Shown here one piece after another: positions 9,872-24,700 of a DNA stretch of 64,000 nt. The DNA comes from Paragordius varius (lineage: Eukaryota > Animalia > Nematomorpha). How positions within the stretch are numbered: the first letter of the stretch is position 1; each line of letters starts with the position of its first letter. The stretch spans positions 5,022,001 through 5,086,000 of the forward strand of contig OZ176050.1 of the NCBI GenBank assembly GCA_964247055.1, written 5' to 3'. The translations under genes were made by a program, and so were the position numbers. Under the pieces are notes generated by a model. The model searched no databases, was not told the DNA's origin, and was given only the letters and a program-made list of their open reading frames with translations.

Positions 9872-12794
9872 ATGATGGGAATCGGGTAAGTTGGGGATCT
9901 AATTGGAGCGTAATAAACATATGTAACACAATCTGAAACATATTTTCTCGGAAATTTTTATAAGAATAGCCTTTCATCATTGTATTATTAAGCTGTAAAA
10001 TCTTTTGCAGATGACCCATTAGGTCAATAAAAAAATGGGTTAAATGGCGAAAATTATGAATAATGGTTTGAAATTTATTATATATTTTTGATGGCAAATA
10101 TATTATAAATTCCTCTTTATAATAACCCCATTTGTGGGAAAATACATAGCTTATGTCCACAAGATTATATTTTAGATAATTAAAATTAATTTTAAATTTG
10201 ATTTTAGTTTATATTCATTTTCCAATATATATTCTATTCAAATTAGAAAAGATATATTTAATTTTTTATTATTTTTGGCGCATTATGAGCTCTCTAAAAC
10301 ACCATTTATCACATGATATAAATATAATATATATAATTTTAAGTGGGGTTGTTAGATATTGAGTGCTTTTGATATATTTTATTTGCAACGATAATTACTG
10401 CATTATAATTGTTACAATATTTTACAATAATATATATATTAAACATAATATATAAATCAGAACATTCGTTTTTAATGTGGCTTATTCTAGATGTGTCTAC
10501 ATGTGGTCAATATTACGTAAGAACTGATCATCCTGAATTACTTTTAAGTTCTATGGACGAAAATGCAACTTATGTTCCTTGGTTATTCTATAAGTTCTTT
10601 ATTTTTTTCAAATTGAATTTTTTTTTACTTTTTGTGAACCGTTTAAAACGGCAGTGGAGTATAGACTCAAAACGGCAATCCAATAAAAATGGATTAGAAT
10701 ACACTTAGTAATTAGATTTTGCAAAGACTCTTGAGAAATTTGCATGACAGCAAAGTTTTGTGTCGTTCCTAGGGAGGGGGGGTCGGGCAGTATTCATAGA
10801 CAATATTTACATTGTAACACTTACTTATCCCATTTTCTGTGATAAATATGATTAGTAATTGTATTGCCATAAATTAGCTAGAGTCATATATAGAAAATTC
10901 ATGTTAATTTATACCTTTCTCGGTTTCCAAAAATTTTTCATATTAGGTTAATAAGGATTGAACGAGGTGGTCGCCTTGTATGCACTGGTGTTATACATCC
11001 ACAATGGGTTTTAACCCTGAAAACGTGCTTCATTGACGAAAGAGATTTTTCCACTAACATAATCGCTGGGATGCATGGAAATTACCATTTGGATTACGAA
11101 ATTAAAGAATATTCGATACAAAAAATCAAATTTTATCCAGGAGGTAACTTTGTTTCTTTTCGATATAGACTAGAAAGCTATTATTGTTTTAACTAATTTT
11201 ACATTTAAATTATTAAAGATTTGGTGGAGTACATTACGAAATTTCGGACTATAGCTTTACTCAATAATATTGAGTCAGACAGCTTTAAAATTAGTTTTTT
11301 TACAATTATCTTTTTCATTTAGATGGGCCTTTTGAAGGTGCGATAATGGAAAAATTAGCTCTGGTGAAAATAGGCGGGCCACGACAAATAGCAAATCCTT
11401 ATTTATACCGACCGTATGCCAGCCAAAAATTTACTTTTGGCACCTACATTCAACCCTTGTGTTTAATTTCTAAAACTGACACCTTCGCAAATCTATATTT
11501 TGCAAGATGGGGTAGCCCAGGTAACCCTTAGATAATTTTTTCGGGGATCTTTTATTTAGCAGTAAAAGGTAAAAAAATAGAATCATATGGCGTGGTTTAA
11601 ATAAAGGATATTTTAAGTGGCGGCATAAGAGAAAGTACACCATCCAAGGTATTGATAAGCTGAGAATATAATTCTATTTGGTTATTGGATAAGGATAGTG
11701 ATAAAAGTTATAAATTAAGCCGGATAATTAATTTCTTTCTAAAGTTCATGTCAATCCCAGTAAAATCAGAGCATTTATATCAAAAAAGTTGCATGATTAA
11801 AACATCTTTCATATAAATATCTATCTTTGTAAAAATTAAATTCGGTAGGTGTATTTGGCGTAAATAATTTATTGAACAGAACCCTAAACAATTTAACTTA
11901 AAACATGATATATTACTACCTTTGTCAATAGTAAATCACATACTAATTTACTTGTTAGCTTTCATCAGTACGATACAATTATTTGACTTGGGGTTTTCAC
12001 TTTTATATTAATTTTGCTTATATCAACTTTACCATTTTGGTATAAATTAATCGGTAATACGATTGTTTAAATTAATTAAATTTAGCTGAATATTGGGACA
12101 TTATTTCATTTTGAAAACAAAATAATGTGTAGATCATAAGGGAACGAGCCATGTGATAAAAATATCTCCAATACAAAACATCAACCCTATGGAATCATGT
12201 CAAAATAGGTTAGATTTTCACAAAGCGGATGAATTGATTTGTGTAACTGATAATAATATAGACTGCAACAACGAATATGGAGGCCTCTTAGTATCTGTTC
12301 AAAGTATTATTTTGTTTGTTACAAACATCTATATTTATGATAAAACATTCTAAATAATAAGTAATCGCTAATGAATAAAGTAGTTATACTTTAAATAGGA
12401 ATTCACGAATATTTTAAAATCTCTGTTTGAAATAAATATTTTTCCATTTTTCAACATTTTATTTTATATTTATTAGCCAAATTAAATTTTGGGTTTTTGT
12501 CAATTTTAATTTTCTTCGCGATTGATTACTATTTTACATAAAATAAATCATAAAATATTTTTGACGTTAATTTATCTAAATGAAACCAGAGCATGACACA
12601 CTAATTTTTGACACTTTTTTTCGAATGATATATGTAAAAAATTAAATTTTGACATTTTAGATAAAAGTCACACATTGATGGGTCTAAGAGCATTTGGCGA
12701 TAATTGTCATACGGGATCCCCAAATCAATATTTTATAAATATACAACATTACACATATTGGATATTCTCCACGATTTTTTTAGATAAATCTTAA
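9872..12794 (+). CDS. Trypsin-family (S1) serine protease homologue lacking all catalytic residues; start codon tentative
   Basis: Exons: ~10461/10491-10581, 10947-11143, (11219-11293), 11323-11510, ~12133-12302, 12661-12794. Motifs: VPWLIRI..GRLVCTGVIHPQWVLTLKTC; EKLALVKI; FTFGTYIQPLCL; FARWG; DCNNEYGGLLV; LMGLRAFGDNC...YFINIQHYTYWI*. Putative first exon ATG ATG GGA ATC G|gtaagt at 9872-9884. Confidence 0.75.
11919..12090 (-). repeat. Decayed copy of the hammerhead-containing repeat, intronic
   Basis: Reverse complement GTGAAAACCCCAAGTCAAATAATTGTATCGTACTGATGAAAGCTAACAAGTAAATTAGTATGTGATTTACTATTGACAAAGG aligns to 40386-40468. Upstream TTTATACCAAAAT-G-AAAGTTG is also shared. Confidence 0.8.
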
Positions 12795-12828
12795 CCAAAG
12801 ATTGATTGATAATACAATATTAATAATA

Positions 12829-13106
12829 CAGTAAAATTATATGGACCAAACATAAAAATATAAATGAAATATTTTTTTTAAAAAAACAACCATACTTTTT
12901 AAACCTTATTTTTTTTTAATATAAGCCATTGATTAAAATGGCAAAGTTTGAAATAGAGATAATTACTAACGCAATCAATTCTATATTTTAGATTTGTAAA
13001 ATAGCTTATATAGGAAAATTTAAGGTTTAAAAAAGTATGGTTGTCTTTTAGATAAAAGTATTTGTCTTTATATTTTTACGTTTTGTTCGTATATTTTCAA
13101 TTTCTG
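12829..13106. mobile_element. Small palindromic MITE (TA-CAGTAAAA ends)
   Basis: Inverted arms, e.g. AAAAAACAACCATACTTTTTAAACCTTA (~12881-12908) / TAAGGTTTAAAAAAGTATGGTTGTCTTT (13021-13048). A related left end is at 60000. Confidence 0.65.
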
Positions 13107-13899
13107 TAATACTTATAAATGGATGCATTTAAATAAATAACTTATTCTTTATGTTTCGAAGGTTTGGGGAAGTAAACGATGCCATTATGCACCGTGATGA
13201 CCGTTATGTTAGTATTTTGTGACAGAAATATAATATAATGAGATATATAATTTTATGTAATGCAATATTTGGAAAAATTATTATTTTAATAGGTTTGCTT
13301 TGTAAAAATTACCGCTTCTTACCCTATAAGCATAAAATAGCGATGACACTTACTTTGTGACATATTAAAAACCTAAATAATGTTATGTCTGATATACGAA
13401 ATAACTTTACTATATAAAATAGTTTGCAAACTAATATAACGATGAGACAAAGATAAAAAAGAGTTGAAGAGCCCCTATAACATCATGTGTTTCCATAAAA
13501 TTAAAGAAATCGGATCTAACATGTAACATCTATTTAATTTATTTCTTTGTAACATAGTATGTCATAAAATGCAATATAAATATTAATAATTTAATGAAAA
13601 TAAAACTCTAATAATAAATAAATATAAATCTAATCAAATCCGAAAAGTTTTTAAGTAACCTTTAGTGATATTATTATTTGGCGTTTATGGTAAAGCATTT
13701 CTTAACTTACCGGTTTCATGTATGGAATGTGTTAGGAGGATATAAATATATTATGCCAAAAATTAATTGTCTATATATTGCACATGCATACATCATTTTA
13801 TAAAGTTATCTATCATTCAATTGTTTAAATAATAAACATTATAAACCAGGAGATAACTAACTGACAAGAAATGAACGAATAAATAGTATGTTAAAATTA

Positions 13900-16800
13900 T
13901 TAATTTGAAAGTAATTGCTGCAAACTTTCAATCAAATATTTGGCTAAGGAGACAATTTCATTGACGGGATGTTTTTCAGCCATTTCATTGTAAAATTTGA
14001 TGATGTCGGTAAACTCCATGGAATTTTCCAACAAAATTCCCCTGTAGTATTCGAGAAATGCGAGAGCCAAAAATAACACAAACCGTTCTGAGACGACCTG
14101 AAATGCGCACCACAGAGTCTCCCAAACATAAAAGATTTGTGGGTAAGTCATTTCTAAAAGTATATATATATAATATATTGTTACAGATTGAGGAAATCAA
14201 AATCTGATGTAATTGGATAAACGTAAAATAAGCATAAAAATGCGATTTGAATTCAATTCAAGTGTTATAAAAAACGCAAAAAAATAATTATATTCAATTA
14301 ATTGTGTTATATTTTTTGCAAAAAATAATATAGAAATCGAAATTTAAATATTAGATATTTTGAGATAAATAACCTCGTTTGAAATCCAATAGAAACCAAC
14401 GGTAACAAAAGTAAAAATGTGTGAATTCCCCACTGGTTTGAATCAAATTGTAAATTTCGGGATCCAAAATCTATTAAAATATATATATTAATTTTGTGAT
14501 TCATCATATTTTAGATATATAAGATTTTCAAATTACCTTAACCAACGAAGCCATATCTTCAAAATTTTGATCCATATTTTTGCCCATTGTTGGAAAATTT
14601 CCTGCTAACCTCTTCATTATGTGTGTAAAACAATGGTAAGCGACAACCTCTGTATAAAATAATTTTTTATTTAAAAAGTTATAATTGTCAATAAATTATA
14701 GCTCTATAATGGTTAGAACTTTATTTTATATCGATTGCTTTCAATTTCAAACTTTATTTAGGTACATTATAAAAAAAATTCTTATACATCAGAAAAATTA
14801 GATAAAAAAACAATATTTTTTGACCAGTACTCTATTCACTAAATATCTTACCATCTTCCAAGATAACTAGCAATGGTGCTGCTAAATCGCACATCCCCTG
14901 AAAATAGCCCATATCTAAATTTTTCCATACATAACTACAAACGACATTTCTCAATTTTTCTAAATTGTGGGGAGATTCAAAAAACCAATAGTTCCGATCA
15001 CACCTAAGCACATCCTTGTCTATGCGATGAATGTTGAGAGCAAATGATTCTATAACCTCTTTCTATACATACATTATTAACAAATTTTAAACCTATTTGT
15101 CAAAATACTAAATAATACAAATATCAACCCTCAATCTTCTTTAAATAAAAAACTATTCAAGTAATTATCTCAGACTAATGATCATGAACTTTTTCGATTT
15201 TGAAAAAAAGCTAGTTTGTAAGTTAGCTGATAAACCTTCCCGCCACTTAGTAAGTTAAGGGTATTTAAAGTACTCACAATAAGACAAAAACAATAAAAAT
15301 TAATATCCAATCATTTTAAAATATATTTCAAATATGTTTATAGAATAATATTAAATATTAATTTGAACATGTAAACAATTATAATATTATCACAATAAAG
15401 GGTTATATTGCGGATATTGACCCATATTAATTTAACAGTTAAGGTCATGATGAAAAGGGTATACTCTACTAGAATGATACCACAAAACATATTCAAATAA
15501 ATATAGATACGCTATATGATTTGGCTGGGCCAAACGTCGTAGAGCATTTGCGTTCAAAGATATCTTGTATTTCGTTCACGTCTAAATCATCAATGTGGCC
15601 ATCCAAACAATTAGTATCTGCATTTTTGTTATCTAAAATTAAATCATAAACAATGTAACTTAGCACACAAAAAATATTTGTGAAATATATGTAATGAAAA
15701 TACTAGAGGGTGGGGTAAGCGGTGTTTCTTCCACACTAAGATTAGAGGTTGTTGATGTTGTGGAATAAATTGAATAACTCCTGTCAGAATTATGTGATAA
15801 TTGGTTGGATAAACCAACATTATGATGACCTTGTTCAGATGGTCGCTCCACAAAAGTTCCATTTACAATACTTATGGATTCAGAGGAGGGTACATCTTGC
15901 CCATTACTCGTTTTACTGGAGAGAGAGGTTGAACTCATCCTTGTAGAAGAAGATTTTGGATGGCTTGAAACAAAAACACATTATGCATACATTATTTAAG
16001 ATGGTAAATAATATATTTTTACAACCCTACTAACAAAAGGTATTGTAACAATAGACATTTCATCACATAAAACTGAAGATAACGATGGTTTACCATTAAG
16101 ATTAAACGTTAAACAACATCAATTGGAGAATATTTCCATTTTGATTTTTGACTTTATAAGAGATATTATTAATTTTTTATATGTTAATTAATTTGGATAA
16201 AAATACGAATTTAATACCTTGATTTTATTAATCTATAATTTGAATGGTTATAATCGCATCTGGGATCTTCAGATAAACTACTTGTTTGAGATGATGTTGC
16301 TTTTGTACTGCATCTGGACGGTAAGCGATGGTGGCTGCATAGTTTTAATATATTATTTTAAATACATTTGAGCAAATTAATATTAATTAACATTCCATAA
16401 ATTTTGAATAAATAGAATATAAAAACCTTTCGTCTATGTCACCACACGTAAAATCATTTTCATCTATCGGGAGATCCACTGATTTTCGCGACTTAAATGC
16501 TATATAAGTAAATTAAAAATTGTAATGTAATCAACGGATTTTAATTTTTTGTTTTAAAATAGTTTTTTCTTTTTACTTGTGATATATTTACAGCTATGAA
16601 AAAGCTTTATAAGGAACAATTAAGAATTTTTATATTTTAATAAAGATGTATTTTAACTATTGTTTTTGATATTTAAATTTCAGTGTAGCTCTCATATATA
16701 ATTTTTAACATCGAAAAAATTGTAAGCTCCTTATTATATTTTAATATATTTTCAGTTTATTATAAATTAACTATATCATTATTGATTTGTATGAAAAACA

Positions 16801-18693
16801 AGTTTGTCTCATTAGTTTGGAATCGATATAAATAAAAATGTTCCTTACTTAATAATTATAATACTTACGGAACACATGGACTTTATTATAAGTTGGAGAT
16901 TCGGATTCGTTGGATGACAAAAATACAGAATTTCTAAATAAAGGTAGGTTTCATAAATATTTGAAATAATTCATTAAAATTGGTAATTTAATATAATCTA
17001 TACTTAAAATTTCAAAAATAAAAAAATACTTTGCCATATTTTGGTCTTTAGTTGTTTCATCAGTTAATCTCGTGGCCATATTCCCTAATATAAAAAATAT
17101 TATTAACAATTTTGATAAAATTTGGGCAATTTTTGAACTAGTGAATAAATTTAATGGAAAGAGCTATTAGAATTGAGCCGAATAAAAGATATATATAATG
17201 CAAACACTTATGATCATTTTAATAAGGAACTTAAAGTTAACCAGAATCGGGCTGTAGCTTGTTTTGAGCAGATTGCATGTTTTCATTTTCCTTTGCTCCT
17301 CGATATAATTTTAGGCTAGATTTTCGTCCAAATAAGGAGGTATTACTTATTCTTCGAAGGAAAAACGTAGGACAGGCAAGGGGCGGAGATGGAAGTTCTA
17401 CCGAACTCTTTTTACAAGAATCTACTTTGTAAATAATTAGCAGCCAATAAATAAGTATATGTGATAATATTGTGGGGTTAATACAAACTTTATATTTGTA
17501 ATAAAGTATATCAATAGACTTATGTTAAAAAGAGTCCCCCATAGGCTTTTTGCAAAATAAGCAAAAGATGGCATATATCATGTAGCCAACACAAAACATT
17601 TATTATATAAAATTTAGTTTTGAATGGTTAATAAATATATCAGTCGGCATGAACTTCATATTTAATGGTCCTTTTTTTAAATCAGACCAAATTAATTATC
17701 AAACGAGCTAAATGTTTTCGACATATATAAGATTGATCAAATATTACCATCATCAACTGTATTTTTGGATGGTGAGTTTAATGAGTTAGCAACGGGATTA
17801 GTAAATGCCCTATCACGCATCACGGAATTTGACTCATATTGGTCGGGTGTAAAAAAAGTTTTAGTGGTTGTTGGTTCATCATTTGAATGGATCGATAAAT
17901 CAAGGTCAAAACTTTCGCATGAAGCAAGGTTTGAAGAAGACATTTGATTACTTTTACCTGTGGGTCGCCAATTATGGTTTTCATTACGCAGTATATTTTT
18001 ATTAGCTAATCCATTAGTTTTTAATTCATTAGCGTTTGAGGTATTCGTCGTTCCATTTCCAAAATTAGTTGTTAGAGAAAAAAAATTGAGCAATGATGAT
18101 CGGGTTGATGATTGGCTAGATTTTTTATTATAGGCACCACTTACATTATTTGTATTGCTTTTACCATTATTTTTCTCATTTTCCATATGATTGCTACAAA
18201 TATCATTATTTTTATTAATAACATTGTTTTCTGTATAATTTGTGGTGGCAGACAGAGATCCATTTACCTTAGCATTTATTCCCTTCTTTGCTAAGCGCTT
18301 AAGTTGAAGTGCTGCGATTTCTATTGATAAAAAATATTTGGAATATATCAATTATAAATAATTGAGTCACTTATCTAAAAGTTGGAATTATATACGATTA
18401 TCACGGCTTCGTATCAAATCCTCCAATTGTGACCATTCTGAATACATTTCAAAATATGTTTTATGAGATTTTTCCAACAAATGTAGTCTTTCATGTTCGG
18501 TTGAATCGAAATCATAAAAATCAAGTAAAAACGGCCATATCTGCAGTAAATATTAATAGTATGTAGTTAATCAAAGTACCATATTGATCAAATTTCATGA
18601 TTTACCTCTTTTCGCAAGTCATCTTTAATACCGGCCACATAAATTGCACCAATAAGTAATTCCGGATTTCGAATCTGTGTAATTAATCATTTC

Positions 18694-18727
<34 letters not shown>

Positions 18728-21700
18728 AATATTGATTAATATCCAAATGTCAAAACGGTTAAATATACAACATAAATATATAGAGGCATGTAAAAAATAC
18801 GCGTTTTTCTGCATCATATATATGGGTGTCCAATAAAATGCGTGTTAAACCGCCTGAAATTAGCTGAATATTCATCTCGTTCAAGTATTTTGTTCGAACT
18901 GACCAAGGTAACAAGAGTTGTGATAAATTTTTCCTGAGTTTGGCTATATGATTGCAATAACTACGCCCTGTATAACAAAAATAATATTAGGTAAAATGTA
19001 ATTTTTAATAGCTAATTATAAACTTACAGCCAATAAAGACACGTTTGATTATTTGGTGACGCATTGTTTTGCATAAATGATCCATAGATTCTCTAATTTA
19101 CATACGAGATAATATAAATATAAAGTGTCTCTCTAAAATTTTACAACATATTATATCATTAATGATGACATTTGGTTCGAAAAATTATTATAACCTCAAG
19201 ACCAATAGATGGATGATTAACGACAAACGATAACTTCATGAAAATAGTCAATCACGTAAATTATGAATGTTATTGTGTAAAATAAACAGTTATCGTTAAA
19301 AATTACAAAAATGATTAAATTTTTGACAAAACAACGGAATGCAGATATTTAAATCTAAAAAACTGCAAAAGATATCATTCAAATATATATTTTTAATATG
19401 ACCGAACACTGAAACAATAGAGCGAAATTATGCCACCTCCACTCGCAAGTTAGTAAAAATCTAATGCCTATATCAGAACTTTAATTAAAAGCTTTTTCAA
19501 ACATCATTTTAATTTTGGAATTTTTTAAAGGACCAATAATGTAAATGATAAACTTTTTTAAATTAGAATAAATTCTTCAAAATTAAAAGTTTTACGATAC
19601 ATTTTAAAATTTACCTGGCAATGGCAATATCATCATTGTACTCATGTTGGAGATTGTGATCAATTGAAAGGTCAGTCTATGATAGAAAAGAATATTTGTC
19701 AGTTTTTAATTGTAAGCATGATAAATTAAATCACAAAAAATTATTATTCCTTGGTTTCATAAAATTGATAAAATTTAATATTAACCCTGCATTACGCAAA
19801 CTATGAGCAACACTTCTAGAAAATAGAAAAAATAACCGATTTTCGTGTTATTGATTGTGAGGCTTGACGTATTTCCTCTTGTCGAAACAATGGATGTGTC
19901 ATTTTTCTAGCCGGTGATCCTACATCAGTTTTTGGTTCAGATTTATTGGATTCTGGATAACTAGAGGTTTCAAATCTTTTGTGTTTTAAGAAAAGTTCTG
20001 TAGAAAATGAAGAGTTATAATTTTGTTTAGGCAACACTGTGTCCACATTATTACTTTGTATAAACGTTTTTCCATTCTTAACGCTAGTGTCCTTGGAATA
20101 AAGAAAATTGTTATTTCTGTCTTTCGTGGTTGCATAACTACCATTATCTGTGAAATGTGTTTAAACGAAAAAAAAACTATATTTCATAAATTTTTATCTT
20201 TTAACAAATTATATTGTTTAAGAGATGATTAATGTGTTCATAACTTACATAAATACAGGAAATAGACATTTTTATAATTGTTTTTATAGCTTGAATTTAA
20301 TTTGTTTAAAGATGTCATTATAATACCATGACAATTTTTGTGAACATAAAATCATATAATTTTATTTCGAATATACAAATATGTAGGTATTATATACCCA
20401 AAGTGCTAGTGGTAGTGTGCGGAGGTGTAGGATATGGTTCTAGAATCTGTTTTTCATCCCCTTTAAAGGCAGAAGACATTCCGAGGGCCGAAAGAACAAA
20501 ATTTGACCCAATTGCCATCGTCGGTTTGGTTAAAAATGAAGAGGTCGTATCAGTTATTTTAGTGCCCGTTTTTGACTTTACCATAAGGGGAACTATACTA
20601 AATATATAATCCATGTCATTATCGTTAGCAACGTTATGGATTGTAGTATCATTCCCCTCGACATTAAAATTGTTTTTAATAAGAGTATTGTTTGGTTGAA
20701 GAAGCCTTTGTTGCATATCTATGGCATAATTTTTGTAAGGCGCTGCGGTTTGTTTATCGATCCATTCCTCGTTTATCATGCTGTCAAGGGAACGGGGATG
20801 ATTCTTTAATTTAATCTAAAAATATGTAGTACTCTTTATTAATATTGCCATTATTTATGCTGATGCATTGCAATAGAAGAAACATAAATTTGAATTAGTT
20901 TGAATGTGTAATATTGGATAAAATATTATATAGAATGTAGGATTCATCCATGATAAATTGTATGATTAGGGCAAAAAATATTTATAACTGTTTTCGCGGG
21001 CAGTAAACCACAAGAAGAAAATAAAACATTTTCTTAGTTTAAAATAAACGGTCGAATCGCGATTCGCAGGAAAAAAAGGTGATATGATATAATTATTAAT
21101 GTATCGTTTTTTTTTGAAAAATATTGTAAACTAAAATAAATGTTACAAAAAAAGTTGAATTCAATCAAACATATAAACATATAGATGTCGCTCGAATGTT
21201 TGTTGTTAAAATTGCATCAATGTGCAGGCAGGCTTATTTAAAATTAAAAATAATTCTATTTACGCGACCATCATGTATTTTTATAGCTTAGCTTTTTTCA
21301 ATAATCTACAGGCTATTTAAATTAAACCAAAATTGGTATGTCATTTTGCGTTGTTAGTATAGCATTAATGCCAATATACAAGTTTTTGGCTTATGTTGGA
21401 AAAAAGGCTTTTTTATACAGTAAAAAGTGTCGTTGTATCGCGAAAACTTCTGGAAAGAGATAATATGAGATGTACAAGAAAGAAAACAATGTAGAGACTA
21501 GTAATATATTACATTTTTTGTTAAAAATATTCATGTCCAAAAATGATGCGTTTCAAATTTGCTTGTTTTTGTTACATATAACTTACTTACATTTTAGCAG
21601 AGTCGATACTTTAGTTTAGATTTTGTGTGAAGCCGAATGTCACCATCGCATAATGACATTTTCTAAAATATTATCATCTGACATTTTAAATAAATTTAGA

Positions 21701-24700
21701 TATGCCTAAATTATGTAAATTTAGTTGCATGGTCCATGTTAAAAAATGTAATCAAAGTTTTAAAACTTCTATTAACAAAAAAAAGCACATGATTATCGAA
21801 AAAAAGAGACCTATCCTCACAATGTGCAATGTCAGGCAAAAAAATCAATTTTTAATTAATGTTATTGTTAGTGCATACTGTGCGTGTTGGTAATATAAAT
21901 ATATATATAAAAAAATAGGCATAATAAACCAAATATAAAACCTGTCAAAAAATTTCTTCTTGTTTTTAAAAAATATATGTGACATTTAAAATTATTGGCA
22001 AAGAGTTAATAAAAATTATTTATATCCAAACAAAATTTTAAATGTAAAGAATTAAAATTTGACTTGACTAACGGTAAAATTAAAGATATATATATATATA
22101 TAGTTTGAAAATAATTTTATTGAAAACTTTAGGCCATCTCTATTGTCTTATAAACCAAAAGTATAAATCCGATTAAACACGAAACTTTATCCATTTATAT
22201 AATAACAAAGACGAATTTAAAAAGGGCCAAACTCTTATATAGTAAAAAATGAAAATCTGAATGAAATTTTTAGTTTTGAGTCATATAATTAAAAAAGTTT
22301 TATAGTTCTTCTATTTAACCAAAATAAAAAAATAAAAAATCGGGCTGCAAAGTTTTTTTTGGAAAAGGTTAATATTCTAAATATATATTGTTAGCTCCTG
22401 ATAGGCGATATAAGCATCTATTGAAATATGCTTGTGTGCTTAATGACGCAAAGGCCTTAATTGTGCATGAAATTTGAAATATATGATAGATTAAATTTAA
22501 ATTATAATATGAAAAAAAACGCCAAATTTATATCTATTAACATATAAAAAGAAATTAGCATAAATCCAAAGGTCAATTAAACATTACTAAAAGGAAAGAG
22601 TTTTACAATAAGACATCGCTAATATACATCATCACGGAAGAATTTTAAAATTCGCACATAAAATTATCTTTCATCAAAATTTGATATAAATAATTTTATG
22701 AGCATGTTTGCAAGGTTTTATATAAATTATGTTTACAGATTCGAGTACAATAATATCTTGATATTTCCTTTTTACAGATATGCCCAGGACTTAAAACCAA
22801 TACGTGTTAGATTTGTTAGTAGAAACTCATAATTTTATCAGGCGGCTTTTTGCAATAATTTTATTTCAAATGGATGTTAACGATATCAATGATATGGATA
22901 AATTTAAATAATTAACTGAAAAGCACGATGATAAATAGCCAACTAAAAACACATACTAAGAATTAAAAAATATTGATTGGAACCATAATCGTTTTTAGCT
23001 TCATAGTCAATTTTTTGCGTTGGTTAAGGTTTTAATTTTTTAAAATAAAACTGCGGAATACGAAATGGTTCATAATTGCATATAAAATTTGAATTTCGCT
23101 TTCAATGTTTTTTGATCGAAAAGTTTTGACAGTTGTATTTGATTCACAGATAGCTTAAATACTATTTTTACTAAGTGAATAAATAGCTATCAAGAAATTA
23201 TTAAACGCTACTTTCCGTATAAAAAGCGGAAATAAGTATTTTATAAAATTCGAATAAAATTGAAAACAATGTGAGAATACAATTTACAGTAAAAAATAAA
23301 AAAAATTTTGGGACGGTCTCAAATCGCGGTTACAAATTTTAAAACGGTTCTTGATCGTTTTTGACAATATTTTTGAGTTAGTAAACGGTTACAAAAAAGC
23401 TAATGGTTCCTTTCAAAAAATTTATGAGGGTTTAATTTAACTTTTGTCAATGGTTACACCAACAAATTTGATGAAAAAGCCAATTTTATTTATAAATTAA
23501 ATCGAAATAGCAGAGAGTAGTTATCCGATTCAAATTTATTTAAATAAAAAACATTTTAAAACTTACATTCGGGGTTTGCGTGGTTTTAGGTGATTCTTGG
23601 GATGAACTTATTTTGCTAGATGCCAAATACTTTTGAATGCGAGACGATGAATTGTGTTTTATAAGTCGACCCAAAAAACTATTTTCCTCCTTCTCAGGGT
23701 TCGTAGAATTTAAAGTTTTATTGGTGGGCGTACCGGTAATTTTATCACATCCACCACTGTTTTGTTTAAGTAAGGGAAATATTTTACCTAATACATGAAA
23801 TTACAAAATATATTTTATGAATGAATATTATATAAAATTTGGAAAATACGCAGAAAAAGCAGGTCAAAAATATAAAATATATATATATTTATGCAATTAC
23901 TTACGAAAAATGAAAGGGATCGAATAATTTAGTATTGCCAGACACTGTAAATTTTATGAGGGTGATAATATAATTTAAAATACATTTATGATATTTTGTT
24001 GGTCTACTACTAATTAAATAAAAAACAGTCATAAGCTACACAAAAAATTGTAAACATTGGGTACGGCAAGATTATTTTTAGGGTTAATCCGAAAATTTTG
24101 GTATTGACAATTTTATGCTTAATCATTGCAAAATTTTGCCTAGGTTTGGTAGCAGTCGAGCGGTAATAATTATATTAATCGGATTACCTGTGTAAAAATG
24201 TTGTTAAATAAAAAATATATTTAAACAACAAAATATTAAACCTAACTCATAGTATAGTTAAAGCAAATATGTACCTTCATATAAGTTATGCCAAAAATTG
24301 ATATATATATATATATATATATATTATTTGTTTGAAACTTCAATAAATTAATTTTTGCATAATTTGGCTCAAATACAATTTAAATATTTAATTTAATATG
24401 TAGCACCTTATGAAAAAAAGTCGTGCATAATTTTACATCATAAGTGGTCTTAGAGATGGAAATTTAATGGGTACCAATTTATAATAAGGTATAATATCGA
24501 TAGTTAGTTTTCTTTCTGAATGAAAAGAATTAAATTTATTGTATTTTAGAAAAACTGATTTAAAAACGGAATTTTTTGAATTTTAGTTTCGAGTTAACAA
24601 ATATCATCAGCGGCGAATTATGGAAAAAAGTAGTTTATTTAGCATATTTAAAAACATTAAACGCTTTTATGAAATAAAGGTATATTTAAAATATTTAATT

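Noticed and set aside
7556-10491. Single fused EGF + transmembrane + protease gene
   Set aside because: No phase-consistent, stop-free path was found from the 9719 exon to the protease exons, and the topology would put a disulfide-rich domain in the cytosol. Two genes is more parsimonious, but this is unresolved without RNA data.
13140-13340. Further protease exons (VWGSKRC-like)
   Set aside because: A better C-terminal exon with a stop was found at 12661-12794; the frames here are short and closed.
17765-18294. Plus-strand ORFs opposite SGSM (also 15749, 20328, 32167) and minus-strand ORFs opposite RIM-BP or LSm1
   Set aside because: These are shadow ORFs on the antisense strand of real exons with no recognisable product.
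21591-21662. Candidate SGSM exon with good AG and GTAAG signals
   Set aside because: It has stops in all three frames, and the flanking exons join in phase without it.
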